From an uncultured virus (IMG/VR IMGVR_UViG_3300031813_001387) (taxonomy: Duplodnaviria > Heunggongvirae > Uroviricota > Caudoviricetes), in IMG/VR virus record IMGVR_UViG_3300031813_001387: 64,000 bases of DNA; one strand, written 5' to 3'. Below are positions 46,889-57,202 of the stretch, in pieces. Within the stretch, counting starts at the first letter, position 1. Each line of letters opens with the position of its first letter. Made by a program: the position numbers and the translations under genes. Under the pieces are notes generated by a model. It saw nothing but the letters and a program-made list of their open reading frames with translations, was not told the DNA's origin and ran no database searches.

Positions 46889-48097
46889 TTACTTTGCATT
46901 TTTATTCATTTTGGTGGCTGATTTTGGGCTGCCACCGCTCACATAAATGTGGCCTGCAGGGACACTCTTACCTGGTTTGATCAGCATCGGTTCAATCCAG
47001 ATAAGCTTATGTTTTGACCGAAGCTCCCCGTGTGCCTGATTGCGCCAATGCCCGCGGCGCCAGTGGGTGGACACGCCTCCCTCATGCACCGAACTCTTCG
47101 CCTTTTTTTGGACATTATCGCCGCAAACATAGACTTTGCGGAACCCAAGGGCCGCAAGTTTACTCTGACCCCGACGAGACTCACTCAGCTTCCGAGTGTT
47201 TTCTGCCTGTACAACCAGTTTCTCTGGGGCTTCTTTCGGGTAGCGATGGACAACGTCCTTTTTGTCATAGGAGAGGTAACACAGTGCATTAACGATGATG
47301 TTAAGTGCCTTTTCCTCCTGATCCCGCCACAGTACGTCGATCGGTTCGGGTTTGAAATTGGTTATGGCATCATTATATGGCGTGATTTCCGGGATATCAC
47401 TCGGGGGATGATCCTTCCACATGAAGTCCTTCATAGATTTTTCATGTTCGTAGTATTCTTTTTCGGTCTGCCTGGAACTATAGCTTGAAAATCGATTTAC
47501 AAACATCTGACCTATAGCGAGTGGGGAATCCTCAAAAAGACAACTGAACCGGTATTTATCAAGACTCAGACGCTTCAGGATCGGTTCCCTCATGAGATCC
47601 TGTAGTTGAGGGACGCCTGTTGTCAACGCATAGAAAAACCCGAAGACTTCATCTGGCCCAACTCGAACATATGCCCCATCTACTACGGCACTACCATCTG
47701 GAGTAGTGATCCCTGCTTCCGCTCCCCAATGCAGGTATACGGTGTCGAAGGGAAGTTTTATCGCATCTATTGGTACTTCACTAGCGCTAGAATTACTGAA
47801 CATTTCTACTAAAACCGGGCGAAAATGGAAAATGTTGCTCCCATCGGCCTCAAAATTTGCTACCTCATCATAAATCTCATCCTGGTCATCGAGAATGTCT
47901 CCTATCCCATAAAAGCTCATTCCGGGGACACCATAGTATGCTTTCTCCATCTCCAAAGCGGCTTCTTTCTCCGTTATTTTATCCGCAAGCAAATCCTCTT
48001 TGATCCTGCCGTAATCTGCGTACAAATCTGAAACGTCAGGTTCCGAACGAATGTGATGCCATCTCAGCGGGTGATAAATGAGGGCTTTTGAGCTCAC
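46889..48097 (-). CDS. Hypothetical protein with basic C-terminal HWRRGHWR motif
   Basis: GGAGG RBS with GTG start; THWRRGHWRNQAHG...KLIWIEPMLI. Confidence 0.75.
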   Translation of the reverse strand: MSSKALIYHPLRWHHIRSEPDVSDLYADYGRIKEDLLADKITEKEAALEMEKAYYGVPGMSFYGIGDILDDQDEIYDEVANFEADGSNIFHFRPVLVEMFSNSSASEVPIDAIKLPFDTVYLHWGAEAGITTPDGSAVVDGAYVRVGPDEVFGFFYALTTGVPQLQDLMREPILKRLSLDKYRFSCLFEDSPLAIGQMFVNRFSSYSSRQTEKEYYEHEKSMKDFMWKDHPPSDIPEITPYNDAITNFKPEPIDVLWRDQEEKALNIIVNALCYLSYDKKDVVHRYPKEAPEKLVVQAENTRKLSESRRGQSKLAALGFRKVYVCGDNVQKKAKSSVHEGGVSTHWRRGHWRNQAHGELRSKHKLIWIEPMLIKPGKSVPAGHIYVSGGSPKSATKMNKNAK

Positions 48098-48142
48098 TTT
48101 TGTTATTCCTCCAATACATTTTTTTACATTCTTAGTATTTAG

Positions 48143-48868
48143 TTAAAGCCTTTCTTGGTTTACGGTGTCATCCTCATCGCTCTCCGAAAAATATAGCAAT
48201 CTGCCTTCACTAAATGGGCTGTAATGATCCCTTAAAATTTCAAATTCACGGTCATGTTCTAAGATTAACGTACCAATCTCCACCCAGATGTTCCCAACAT
48301 TCTCATCTTTGTCCCTCATCCAAAACCGTAAATGGCTTGTGCCGTAAGGGATGATCTGATACTGAGCTGTGCCAAACGACACCCGTGCGTCCTGAACCTG
48401 GATAGGGACGTACATCACATCCTTCGAAAGTTTTTTCCCCAGACGGAAAAACCCCCGGAACTCCCGTGCAGCAGTGGGGCACTGCGCGAAAAGGTCATCG
48501 TAGTGTCTCTGCCAGAATTTGTCATTCTTTGCATCGCTGGCGCGTCTTCCCGGAACGGGGCACTGAGCGAGGTCCTTGTAGAAGGTGCCCTCAAGCCGCT
48601 TAAAGCTCATGTCAAAAGGGAAAAAGAGCTGACTTTCCTCTACCCACCTAGTGCCAAGCCCTTCCGTCGCCACAGAGTGGGGCACGACACGGAAGTGGAT
48701 CTTGCCGAAAGATATCCTGGCCTCTTTAATATCGACCGGAAAGCAGACTTGGTTACCGACAGCATTGTCTTTCTTTACCCACAGATACGCCTTGGAACCC
48801 ACAATCTCCTGTGCCCATTCGCGCCTTTCTGCTCTGGCCTGCTCGGTTCTCTTTATTGTATGCCCCAT
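48143..48868 (-). CDS. Hypothetical protein with internally duplicated beta domain
   Basis: PVDIKEARISFGKIHFRVVP versus PIQVQDARVSFGTAQYQIIP. Confidence 0.75.
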   Translation of the reverse strand: MGHTIKRTEQARAERREWAQEIVGSKAYLWVKKDNAVGNQVCFPVDIKEARISFGKIHFRVVPHSVATEGLGTRWVEESQLFFPFDMSFKRLEGTFYKDLAQCPVPGRRASDAKNDKFWQRHYDDLFAQCPTAAREFRGFFRLGKKLSKDVMYVPIQVQDARVSFGTAQYQIIPYGTSHLRFWMRDKDENVGNIWVEIGTLILEHDREFEILRDHYSPFSEGRLLYFSESDEDDTVNQERL

Positions 48869-49015
48869 CTGCTTACTCCCTATCCTTTCCAGTCATGGAG
48901 ACCACTATACGGAAACCGCCAGGTATAGTTAGCCTACTTGTATCGAATACAAAACGACTCATTGCCGAAAAAATATCGTAATATAAGTATGTTACCAGAC
49001 TGGCACGTTACCTTG

Positions 49016-50281
49016 TTAGGCTTTGACCACTTTATGCAGCCGGTTGTGCTCCTGAGTAATGTGTTTGATCTTCCCCAGTGGTACACCATGGTCTTTGCAG
49101 AGATGCGGGAACTGGGTGATAGCCTCCTGCACCTGGTCAATAATCTCTTCGGCATCCTTGTTGCCGATGGAGGCTTTGGCCGCGAGTGCCAAGATGACCT
49201 TGATGGAAGGGTCTTTTCCCATGCCTAAGTATGCAGTTGAGTGTTCCCCGCCGGGACCAAAACAAAAAGTCAGGTCATATGCCGGCGAGAGTTGCCATTT
49301 CCATGCACCATCAAGCAGATAACCGTGGTTTTTCGCGTGATCGTCGCGGTTTGCTGCGAAGAGGTTGAAAATAGCACGACGATACTGTTGATCGACCGAC
49401 GCGGCGCTCCTTGTCAGTCCCCATGCGACCTTGAGTAGCATCTCGTAGTCGAGGGACGGTTGACGATGATCGGCGTGCAAAAGGCCGCTTGCCGTCGCCA
49501 TGTGTAGTCGCTGGTTATGTACTGGGCGATCAAATCTCCTCACAGCCAGATGATGCATGTTGTTGTCCGGGATCAACCTGAATTCCGGTGTGTTGATACC
49601 GGCCAGGTTTGCCATCTGCAAATAGATGCTTTCGACAAACCCCTCGTAAGGGCCTAATTCTGAAGTTTTGCCGAATTCAGAACTAGAAAATTTGACCAGC
49701 CAATGGCTGTACCCTGTGGGGAGATTGCTGGTCCCTGAGACGAATTTATGGCCACAATCGGATATTCCAATCAGAGCCTTAGGTCTTGCGCCGCCCGGGC
49801 TTCCACCTATTTTTGCCAACAGTCGACCAGCATCTTCGATATTGCCGGCAAAAAGATCGTATGCCTCCCTGGCTAAATCTCCGACCTGAATGGCTTCGAC
49901 GGTATTGTCGCTTTTCATCGAAGGGTGATAGGTGAGGGCGCCCATTGCGTGGTCCCCTAAGTACGCCAGCCTGTCCAGAGGAGAAATGGTGTACCTATCG
50001 ACTCCTTGCCGCGTGAAGAATCGGTCCATGATCAGCAATCCCCACCCATCCGGCAATGAGTCGGCAAACAGACCTGGTAGGCCGTGTATCAGTAGTGCCT
50101 GATTGAATTGGAAATCACCCTGCCTGGTCGGGAGTTTGAACGGTGCGAGTTCAATGCCTTTCGCTTTCCATGCCGATTCATACTCGAACATCACTTTGTG
50201 TTCGAACGAGGCAAGCGTTCCAACCGATATCTTTTCTGTACCGGTGTCAAAAAACACCTGCAGTTCTCTGAATTGCTTCAT
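49016..50281 (-). CDS. hipA: HipA-family kinase toxin
   Basis: FADSLPDGWG, SPGGARPKA, WLVKF, NRDDHAKN, LSPAYDL. Confidence 0.92.
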   Translation of the reverse strand: MKQFRELQVFFDTGTEKISVGTLASFEHKVMFEYESAWKAKGIELAPFKLPTRQGDFQFNQALLIHGLPGLFADSLPDGWGLLIMDRFFTRQGVDRYTISPLDRLAYLGDHAMGALTYHPSMKSDNTVEAIQVGDLAREAYDLFAGNIEDAGRLLAKIGGSPGGARPKALIGISDCGHKFVSGTSNLPTGYSHWLVKFSSSEFGKTSELGPYEGFVESIYLQMANLAGINTPEFRLIPDNNMHHLAVRRFDRPVHNQRLHMATASGLLHADHRQPSLDYEMLLKVAWGLTRSAASVDQQYRRAIFNLFAANRDDHAKNHGYLLDGAWKWQLSPAYDLTFCFGPGGEHSTAYLGMGKDPSIKVILALAAKASIGNKDAEEIIDQVQEAITQFPHLCKDHGVPLGKIKHITQEHNRLHKVVKA

Positions 50282-50583
50282 ACCGTTTTCCTTCGAGCCT
50301 TGTGCCTTTCATTCCCGGCAAGACGCCGAGCCTCGGCAATAGACGTAGGCTGTGGAGGAGAGAGCGTCTCGATGAATTTATCCAAACACCCCAAAGCACC
50401 AAAAATACGGCAGATATTTTCCGTGGATGTTACTCCGGTTTTTTCAAGCCGGATCAAAGTAGACCGACTGACCCCGGAATTAACAGCTAGTTCTTCTATG
50501 CTGATGTTAAGTGCCAGCCGGGTTTTGCGAACGTATAATGCCAGTGCATTCAAGCCGTCGCTTGGTGTGCTAAGAGAAAACAT
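50278..50583 (-). CDS. hipB: HipB-like XRE antitoxin
   Basis: ISIEELAVNSGVSRSTLIRLE HTH; ATGA overlap with hipA. Confidence 0.85.
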   Translation of the reverse strand: MFSLSTPSDGLNALALYVRKTRLALNISIEELAVNSGVSRSTLIRLEKTGVTSTENICRIFGALGCLDKFIETLSPPQPTSIAEARRLAGNERHKARRKTV

Positions 50584-50785
50584 ACGGCCCCTTTAGTTTC
50601 AAAAATGAAACTATAATCCATCTAAGTTGATCTATAGTGTCATATGTGGAACTAAAATGCAAATTATCTTTTGAGATAAAGGCTCCCCTGGTGCGGAAAC
50701 AGACCGATGGCTGTCTTACCTTCAACGACCCAAATCGACAGGGTACTATCAGTCAGCCTGTACCCAGTCGAATCTCCAGCGAAAG

Positions 50786-50879
50786 CATCCGCGATATGCC
50801 AACAGGTTTTACTGGGCCATTGGATTCGTCAGGCCTCACTGGACCACGATCTTTAGCAAAAATATCCGTACAAAGCCAA
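50786..50879 (+). repeat. 94-bp diverged direct repeat, copy B
   Basis: Ungapped match to 44209-44302. Confidence 0.8.
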
Positions 50880-50956
50880 TAGTGGCGACCGTTCATTTAT
50901 ACGAATGAAAACTCGAATTACGGACAGACCTAGCATCGGGAGTAGCACGTTGGGCT

Positions 50957-51002
50957 ATGTTCGGCAGATCACCCGGTAATGTTCGGCAGATCACCCGGTA
51001 AT
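50957..51002 (+). repeat. Perfect 22-bp tandem duplication, iteron-like
   Basis: ATGTTCGGCAGATCACCCGGTA twice, plus AT. Confidence 0.8.
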
Positions 51003-51342
51003 AAATCCTGTAGATCCTTTATAGGCACGGGTTTGTCGGTCCAAGAAGTTGCTTGGAAATTGTCTCAAATGGGCCTTACCGACTAGCCGAGATGGTAGGA
51101 TCGATGGAAGCTGGAGAAATGATTCGAAGACTGGGGTGAGCGTCTTTCGAATAGTTGGGTCATCCAAGGTCCACTTGAGCTGTTTTTTGTAGGTGTATAG
51201 ATAGAAATGGCCTAAACTGACGTAACCTGCTGTTATTTAATATTAAAACCGAGTTTTGTGCTAACTATACAACTTCCTGGTGTTGATTAGCTGTAAAAAA
51301 CCAACCCAAAACCCCAAAAAACCGAATCTTTGTTTTTGACGT

Positions 51343-51378
51343 AAAAAGGCCCGCAAAACTGAATTTGCGGGCCTTTTT
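51343..51378. terminator. Bidirectional rho-independent terminator downstream of nrdJ
   Basis: AAAAAGGCCCGCAAA-loop-TTTGCGGGCCTTTTT. Confidence 0.85.
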
Positions 51379-51454
51379 GCTGTTTCTTTGCTGTTTTTCT
51401 TCTGTTTTTACCCTGCATATATGCAGGTTTTACCATCTATGCAACTCCTAGGTC

Positions 51455-53692
51455 TCAATTACATTCCGAGTAGCCGCAGACCCGGCAGACGGCGCAGCCA
51501 CCCTCGTGCTCCACGACGCCGCCGCACTCCGGGCAGGCCCCCTTGCCGAACTGGGGCGCCTCTATCAGGTCGGTGTGGCCGGTCAGGGTGAGGTGGGCCT
51601 GGATCGCCTTGCCGACGGCGTCCGAGCAGGAGAGCACCTTGTTGTCGCCAAAGCCGGTGGGCGAGTGGCAGGAGATGCCCAGCAGCTGCTTCACGACGCT
51701 CCTCCCCTGGATGCCGCTCCTCCAGGCCAGGGAGACCATGCGGCCGATCGCCTCGCACTGCGAGGCCGCGCAGCCGCCCGCCTTGCCCATGGTGGTGAAC
51801 ACCTCGAAGAGCCCCGTGTTGTCCTCGTTGATGGTGATGTAGAGCGGGCCGCAGCCGGTCTGCATCTGGTAGGTCCACCCCTTGAGCGCCTTGGGACGCT
51901 CGCGCTTGGCGGTGCGCTTCTCCTCGACGTGGGCCGGGACGACCGCCACCGGCGCCTCCTCCTTCTTGCCGACCGACAGCACCTGCTCGTCGCGCGAGCC
52001 GTCGCGGTAGATGGTGACCCCTTTGCAGTTGCTCTGGTAGGCGAGCCGGTACACCTTCTCCACGTCCTCCATGGTGGCGTCGTTGGGGAAGTTGACCGTC
52101 TTGGAGACCGCGTTGTCCGTGTGCTTCTGGAAGGCGGCCTGCATGGAGATGTGCACCTCGGGGGTGATGTCGTGTGCCGTCACGAAGATCTCGCGGATCG
52201 CTTCCGGGATCTCGGTGATGTCGTGGATGGTGCCGTGCTCGGCGATCCGCTGCATGAGCGCCTCGGAGTAGAACCCTTCCGCCTTGGCGATTCTTTCGAA
52301 GAGCGGGTTCACTTCCACCAGGATGTTCTTGTCCATGACCTGGCGCACGTAGGAGACCGCGAAGAGCGGCTCCACCCCTGAGGAGGAGTTGGCGATGATG
52401 GAGATGGTCCCGGTCGGGGCGATGGTGGTGACCGTCGCGTTGCGGATCGGCGCCGCGCCCGGACGGTCGTAGGTGGAGCCCTTGTAGTTGGGGAACGCCC
52501 CGCGGGTGACCGCCAGCGCGCGGGAGGCGGCGTGCCCCTCGTCGTTGATGAACTTCATGGTCTGCTCGCCCAGCTTGATCGCCTCGGGGGAGTCATAGGC
52601 GATGCCGAGCATGATCAGCATGTCCGCCCAGCCCATGACGCCCAGGCCGATCTTGCGGTTGGAGCGGGTCATCTCGTCGATCTGGGGCAGCGGGTAGTTG
52701 TTCACCTCGATGACGTTGTCCAGGAAGTGGACCGCCAGGTGGATGACTTCCTTCAACCGGTCCCAGTTCACCCGGCCGTGGGTCACCATCTTGCCCAAGT
52801 TGATGGAGCCCAGGTTGCAGGACTCGTAGGGGAGCAGCGGCTGCTCGCCGCAGGGGTTGGTCGACTCGATCTCGCCTATGTGCGGGGTCGGGTTGTCCTT
52901 GTTGAGGCGGTCCAGGAAGATGATCCCCGGCTCGCCGTTCTCCCAGGCCTGCTTCACGATGCGGTTGAACACCTTGCGGGCGTTCTGGGTACCCATCTGC
53001 TTCTTGTCGCGCGGGTTGAAGAGGGCGTAGTCCTGGTCCGCGTCCACCGCCTTCATGAACGCCTCGGTGATGCCGACCGAGATGTTGAAGTTGTTCAGCT
53101 GGCGCTGGTCCGCCTTGCACATGATGAAGTTCATGATGTCCGGGTGGTCCACGCGCAGGATCGCCATGTTGGCGCCGCGGCGGGTGCCGCCCTGCTTGAT
53201 GGTCTCGGTAGCGATGTCGAAGACCCTCATGAAGGAGAGCGGGCCGGAAGAGATGCCGGTCGTCGACATGACCACGTCGTTGGCGGGACGCAGGCGCGAG
53301 AAGGAGAAGCCGGTGCCGCCGCCGGACTTGTGGATCAGCGCGGTGTACTTCACCGCCTCGAAGATCTCCTCCATGGAGTCGCCCACCGGCAGCACGAAGC
53401 AGGCGGAGAGCTGGCCCAGCTCGCGCCCGGCGTTCATCAGGGTCGGCGAGTTGGGGAGGAACTCGAAGTTGGTCATGATGTGGTAGAACTGGTCGGAGAG
53501 CGCCCCCAGGTCGGCCTTGGCGTCGAAGGTGGCGTCAGCCGCGGCGATGGAGGCCGCCACGCGCCGGAACATGTCGGCCGGGGTCTCCAGGGTCTTGCCG
53601 CTGGTGTCCCGCTTCAGGTAGCGCTTCTCGAGCACCGTCAACGCGTTTTTGGAGAGTCCCGGGATGGCGCCTTTGTCGACTGGTTTCTTCAT
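51455..53692 (-). CDS. nrdJ: Vitamin B12-dependent (class II) ribonucleotide reductase
   Basis: PNSPTLMN, QLSACFV, TNPCGEQ, CNLGSINL, TIAPTGTIS, C-terminal CPEC/CRVC; no R2 subunit gene adjacent. Confidence 0.93.
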   Translation of the reverse strand: MKKPVDKGAIPGLSKNALTVLEKRYLKRDTSGKTLETPADMFRRVAASIAAADATFDAKADLGALSDQFYHIMTNFEFLPNSPTLMNAGRELGQLSACFVLPVGDSMEEIFEAVKYTALIHKSGGGTGFSFSRLRPANDVVMSTTGISSGPLSFMRVFDIATETIKQGGTRRGANMAILRVDHPDIMNFIMCKADQRQLNNFNISVGITEAFMKAVDADQDYALFNPRDKKQMGTQNARKVFNRIVKQAWENGEPGIIFLDRLNKDNPTPHIGEIESTNPCGEQPLLPYESCNLGSINLGKMVTHGRVNWDRLKEVIHLAVHFLDNVIEVNNYPLPQIDEMTRSNRKIGLGVMGWADMLIMLGIAYDSPEAIKLGEQTMKFINDEGHAASRALAVTRGAFPNYKGSTYDRPGAAPIRNATVTTIAPTGTISIIANSSSGVEPLFAVSYVRQVMDKNILVEVNPLFERIAKAEGFYSEALMQRIAEHGTIHDITEIPEAIREIFVTAHDITPEVHISMQAAFQKHTDNAVSKTVNFPNDATMEDVEKVYRLAYQSNCKGVTIYRDGSRDEQVLSVGKKEEAPVAVVPAHVEEKRTAKRERPKALKGWTYQMQTGCGPLYITINEDNTGLFEVFTTMGKAGGCAASQCEAIGRMVSLAWRSGIQGRSVVKQLLGISCHSPTGFGDNKVLSCSDAVGKAIQAHLTLTGHTDLIEAPQFGKGACPECGGVVEHEGGCAVCRVCGYSECN

Positions 53693-53744
53693 AACGTTTC
53701 GTTCTCCTTAGATAAAATAACATGGCAGCATGTCGTGGTTCTCG

Positions 53745-53791
53745 ATACCACATTTAGTGGACGCCGAGGAATAAACCACAACATCTATGGC
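53745..53791. promoter_or_regulatory. Tandem NrdR boxes
   Basis: ATACCACATTTAGTGG (53745) and CCACAACATCTATGGC (53776), 31 bp apart, upstream of nrdJ. Confidence 0.7.
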
Positions 53792-53928
53792 AAGTCAAGA
53801 AATTATAGATTAAAATTCCGGGGCCGCCGAAAAAGCTTGGCGCGCCGCTGGGGGCGAGCCTTCGCGATAGACAAGGGAGCCCTCCCTGTGCTATTGATAT
53901 CGGGAGATTTTCCGGTGCCGGGAGAGCG

Positions 53929-54996
53929 ATGACGGAGCGTGCTGACAGCAAGAGGGAGGCGCTTGAGTCCCAGGTGAGGGGGCTCAAGGACCTGATCGAG
54001 GTAGCCAAGGCGGTGGTCTCCACCCTGGACCTCGACACGGTGCTGCAGGCGATCCTGACCTCCGCCATGGGGATTGCCGAGACCCCGGCCGGCTCCGTCG
54101 CCCTGTTCGACGACGCCAAGCGGGAGCTGGCGCTGCACGCCCACGCGGGTCTCTCCGCGGCCTTCGTCAGGACCGAGCGCTGGAGGGTGCAGCCGGGTGG
54201 GCTCACCGACCAGGTGCTGGGGGGGGGCGAGATCTTCATCATAGAGGAGACCCGGAGCGCCACCTTCTTCAACAACCCGATCGCGCTGAACGAGGGGATC
54301 CGCTCGCTGGTCTGCGTGCCGCTGGTGTTCCAGAGCCGGATCCTCGGGATCCTCTACCTGGACGACTTCGCGCCGCGCCAGTTCGACCGCGAGAAGCTGA
54401 ACCTACTGGCCATACTCGCCTCCTTCGCCGCCATGGCGATCCACAACGCGACGCTGCACAAGCGGACCAAGCTGATGGCGATCACCGACGCGTTGACCGG
54501 GCTGCACAACCACCGCTACTTCAAGACCTACTTCAGGCGGGAGATGGGGCGCGCCCAGCGCTATCACAAGCCCTTTTCCATCATCATGATGGACGTCGAC
54601 GACTTCAAGTCCTTCAACGACAGTTTCGGGCACGCGGTCGGCGACCGCATCCTGCAGGTCCTGGGGGAGGTCATCATGGAGACGGTGCGCGGGGTCGACG
54701 TCGCCTTTCGCTACGGCGGCGAGGAGTTCATCGTGCTGCTCCCCGAAACGAGGCTGGACAAGGCGATCCTGGCGGCCGAGCGGCTGCGCGAGGCGGTCCA
54801 GACCGGCACGACGGGGAGGCTGACCGGTCCGGCCGGAGCCGGGGTCACCGTCAGCATCGGCGTGGCGAGCTACCCGGAGAACGCCGACAAGACGGACGAG
54901 CTCTTCAACATCGTCGATTCCCTGCTCTACCGGGCCAAGCGCTGCGGCAAGAACAAGGTCTATCATCAGGAAAGCCTGCTGATCCCCACCTCATGA
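53929..54996 (+). CDS. GAF-domain diguanylate cyclase
   Basis: GAF domain; TDALTGLHN, DVDDFK, RYGGEEF. Confidence 0.92.
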   Translation: MTERADSKREALESQVRGLKDLIEVAKAVVSTLDLDTVLQAILTSAMGIAETPAGSVALFDDAKRELALHAHAGLSAAFVRTERWRVQPGGLTDQVLGGGEIFIIEETRSATFFNNPIALNEGIRSLVCVPLVFQSRILGILYLDDFAPRQFDREKLNLLAILASFAAMAIHNATLHKRTKLMAITDALTGLHNHRYFKTYFRREMGRAQRYHKPFSIIMMDVDDFKSFNDSFGHAVGDRILQVLGEVIMETVRGVDVAFRYGGEEFIVLLPETRLDKAILAAERLREAVQTGTTGRLTGPAGAGVTVSIGVASYPENADKTDELFNIVDSLLYRAKRCGKNKVYHQESLLIPTS

Positions 54997-56132
54997 TCCG
55001 ATATCCCCGACCTGCCATAGCCGGGCTTTTGCTGGCACTCCTGCTGCTGGGCGTGTCCGCCCCGGGCCGGGCGGCCGGCGCCGCGCCCGTCTCCGCCGCG
55101 AGTCCCGTCCCCGGGCCGCCCCGGGCCGAGGCGGCCGGCGGCCCCGCGCTGGTCTACGGCGACCAGGTGCTGGGGGAGGACACCGTCTGGCGCGGCGAGG
55201 TGCTGGTGGAGGGGGTGCTGGCGGTCGCCCCGCAGGCGACCCTGAGCGTCGAGCCGGGGACCGTTGTGCGCTTTCGGCGCAAGGGGGCCCAGGCGCCGCT
55301 CCTCGTGGTGCAGGGTCGCCTGGTCGCCGCTGGGACCAGGGAGACCCCCGTCCTGTTCACCTCCAACTATGCCGCCCCCGCGCCGGGCGACTGGCAGGGG
55401 ATCCTGCTCTTGGGGAGCGAGAAGAAGAACCAGCTGGAGAACTGCCGCGTCGAGGGGGCCGAGACCGGGATCGAGGCGCTCTACTCCAGCGTCAGCCTCA
55501 AGGGGGTCTGGGTGCAGCTCAGCGGGACCGGGATGAGGTTTCAGGACGCCCTGGTGACCGGCGACGGCGGGGGGGCCTCCGATTGCGACACCGCCCTGCG
55601 CCTGTACGAGAGCGAGGCGACCCTGCGCAACCTGAGCCTGACCGGGAACCGCCAGGGGGTGGTGGCCCAGGGGAGTTCCGTCGTCCTTTTGGAGGGGAAC
55701 CTGACCGGCAACAAGGAGGGCGCCTTCAGCGCCGAGAACTGCCGGGTGAAGGTCCAGGGGGGGGCGCAGATGGGGAACGGCAGCGGCCTGACCCTGATGG
55801 GAAGCGAGGGGAGCGTCACCGGAGTGAAGCTGGTGCAGAACAGGGAGTACGGCATTTCCCTGGCGGCCTCGCGGGTGAAGGTGAGCGGCAACCAGATTTC
55901 CGGCAATGGCAACAACGGGATGGTCGTCTCCGATGGCGCCGCCGTCGCCTGGGACAACGCCATCTTCGAGAATGCCGGGTACGATCTCTACCAAACCGGC
56001 GTGGAGGAGTTCCGGGCGCCTGCCAACTGGTGGGGAGGCGGGTTGCCGAAGATCTACGACAACGGCGGGCGAGGTCGCGTCCTGTATGCCCCGGTCCTCC
56101 CGGTCCGCCCGCAGCTGCCCCAGGCGCGTTAA
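54993..56132 (+). CDS. Secreted right-handed parallel beta-helix protein
   Basis: Signal peptide; LSVEPGTVVRF, PVLFTS..PGDWQGI, Asn/Gly repeats, NWWG. Confidence 0.8.
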   Translation: MIRYPRPAIAGLLLALLLLGVSAPGRAAGAAPVSAASPVPGPPRAEAAGGPALVYGDQVLGEDTVWRGEVLVEGVLAVAPQATLSVEPGTVVRFRRKGAQAPLLVVQGRLVAAGTRETPVLFTSNYAAPAPGDWQGILLLGSEKKNQLENCRVEGAETGIEALYSSVSLKGVWVQLSGTGMRFQDALVTGDGGGASDCDTALRLYESEATLRNLSLTGNRQGVVAQGSSVVLLEGNLTGNKEGAFSAENCRVKVQGGAQMGNGSGLTLMGSEGSVTGVKLVQNREYGISLAASRVKVSGNQISGNGNNGMVVSDGAAVAWDNAIFENAGYDLYQTGVEEFRAPANWWGGGLPKIYDNGGRGRVLYAPVLPVRPQLPQAR

Positions 56133-56207
56133 GCGCGTTTACCGCGGCGCGGCTAAGGGAAGTTTAGCCTCCCCGGGAGATCATGATAGGCTGGGAGAGA
56201 CGTTAAG

Positions 56208-56241
56208 CCTCCCCCCTTTGCAAAGGGGGGGCAGGGGGGGC
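56208..56241. repeat. REP-like palindrome
   Basis: CCCCCCTTTG/CAAAGGGGGG followed by CAGGGGGGG. Confidence 0.55.
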
Positions 56242-56482
56242 TTCTGGCGGCCAAGGTGTTCCCCAAAGTGTCCTCTCCTTCAGAGGAGGGTCAGGGAGTG
56301 GGGAATGGTGTGAGCCCCTTAAGTCCATGATGTCCTTTAGGTCCTTTAGGTCCTCAAAGCCGTCGTAGCATCAGGCGCAGACACCAGCAAAAACCCAGAA
56401 CCGAAAAACCAACACCCAACACCAAAGAAAGGCGATGGTCCCGCCCGGGGCACGCCGGTAAACCAAAAAGGATGGAGCAGTC

Positions 56483-57202
56483 ATGATACGCAGAGAAGGC
56501 CGCGCGGCCGACGCCTTACGGGAAGTCAAAATCACCAGGAATTACCTGAAGCATGCCGAAGGGTCGGTGCTGGTCGAGTTCGGGGACACCAAAGTCATTT
56601 GCAACGCGACCGTAGAGGGGCGCGTCCCCTCCTTCCTGAAGGGGAAGGGGACCGGCTGGGTGACCGCCGAGTACTGCATGCTGCCGCGCGCCACGCACAC
56701 CAGGAACCAGCGCGAGTCCTCCAAGGGGAAGCTCACCGGGCGCACCCACGAGATCCAGCGCCTGATCGGCCGTTCGCTGCGCGCCGTCGTCGATCTGCAG
56801 CTCTTGGGCGAGCGTTCCGTCCTCATCGACTGCGACGTGATCCAGGCAGACGGCGGCACCCGCACCGCCTCCATCACCGGAGCCTACGTGGCGCTGGCCG
56901 ACGCCTTCCAGACCCTGGTGGACAGCGGCGAGATAGCCCAGAGCCCGCTGCGCGAGGCCGTCGCTGCGATCAGCGTCGGGATCGTGGACGGCGTCCCCTT
57001 TCTCGACCTCGACTACCCGGAAGACTCCGGCGCCGAAGTCGACATGAACTTCGTCATGACCTCCTCCATGCGCTTTGTCGAGGTGCAGGGGACCGCCGAG
57101 GCCGAGCCCTTCACCCTGGAGCAGATGGACGCCATGCGCGGCCACGCCATGCTGGGGCTCACCCGGCTCTTCGAGATCCAGAGGGAGGCGCTGCGGGGAT
57201 GA
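56483..57202 (+). CDS. rph: Ribonuclease PH
   Basis: [43 protein letters not shown]. Confidence 0.97.
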   Translation: MIRREGRAADALREVKITRNYLKHAEGSVLVEFGDTKVICNATVEGRVPSFLKGKGTGWVTAEYCMLPRATHTRNQRESSKGKLTGRTHEIQRLIGRSLRAVVDLQLLGERSVLIDCDVIQADGGTRTASITGAYVALADAFQTLVDSGEIAQSPLREAVAAISVGIVDGVPFLDLDYPEDSGAEVDMNFVMTSSMRFVEVQGTAEAEPFTLEQMDAMRGHAMLGLTRLFEIQREALRG

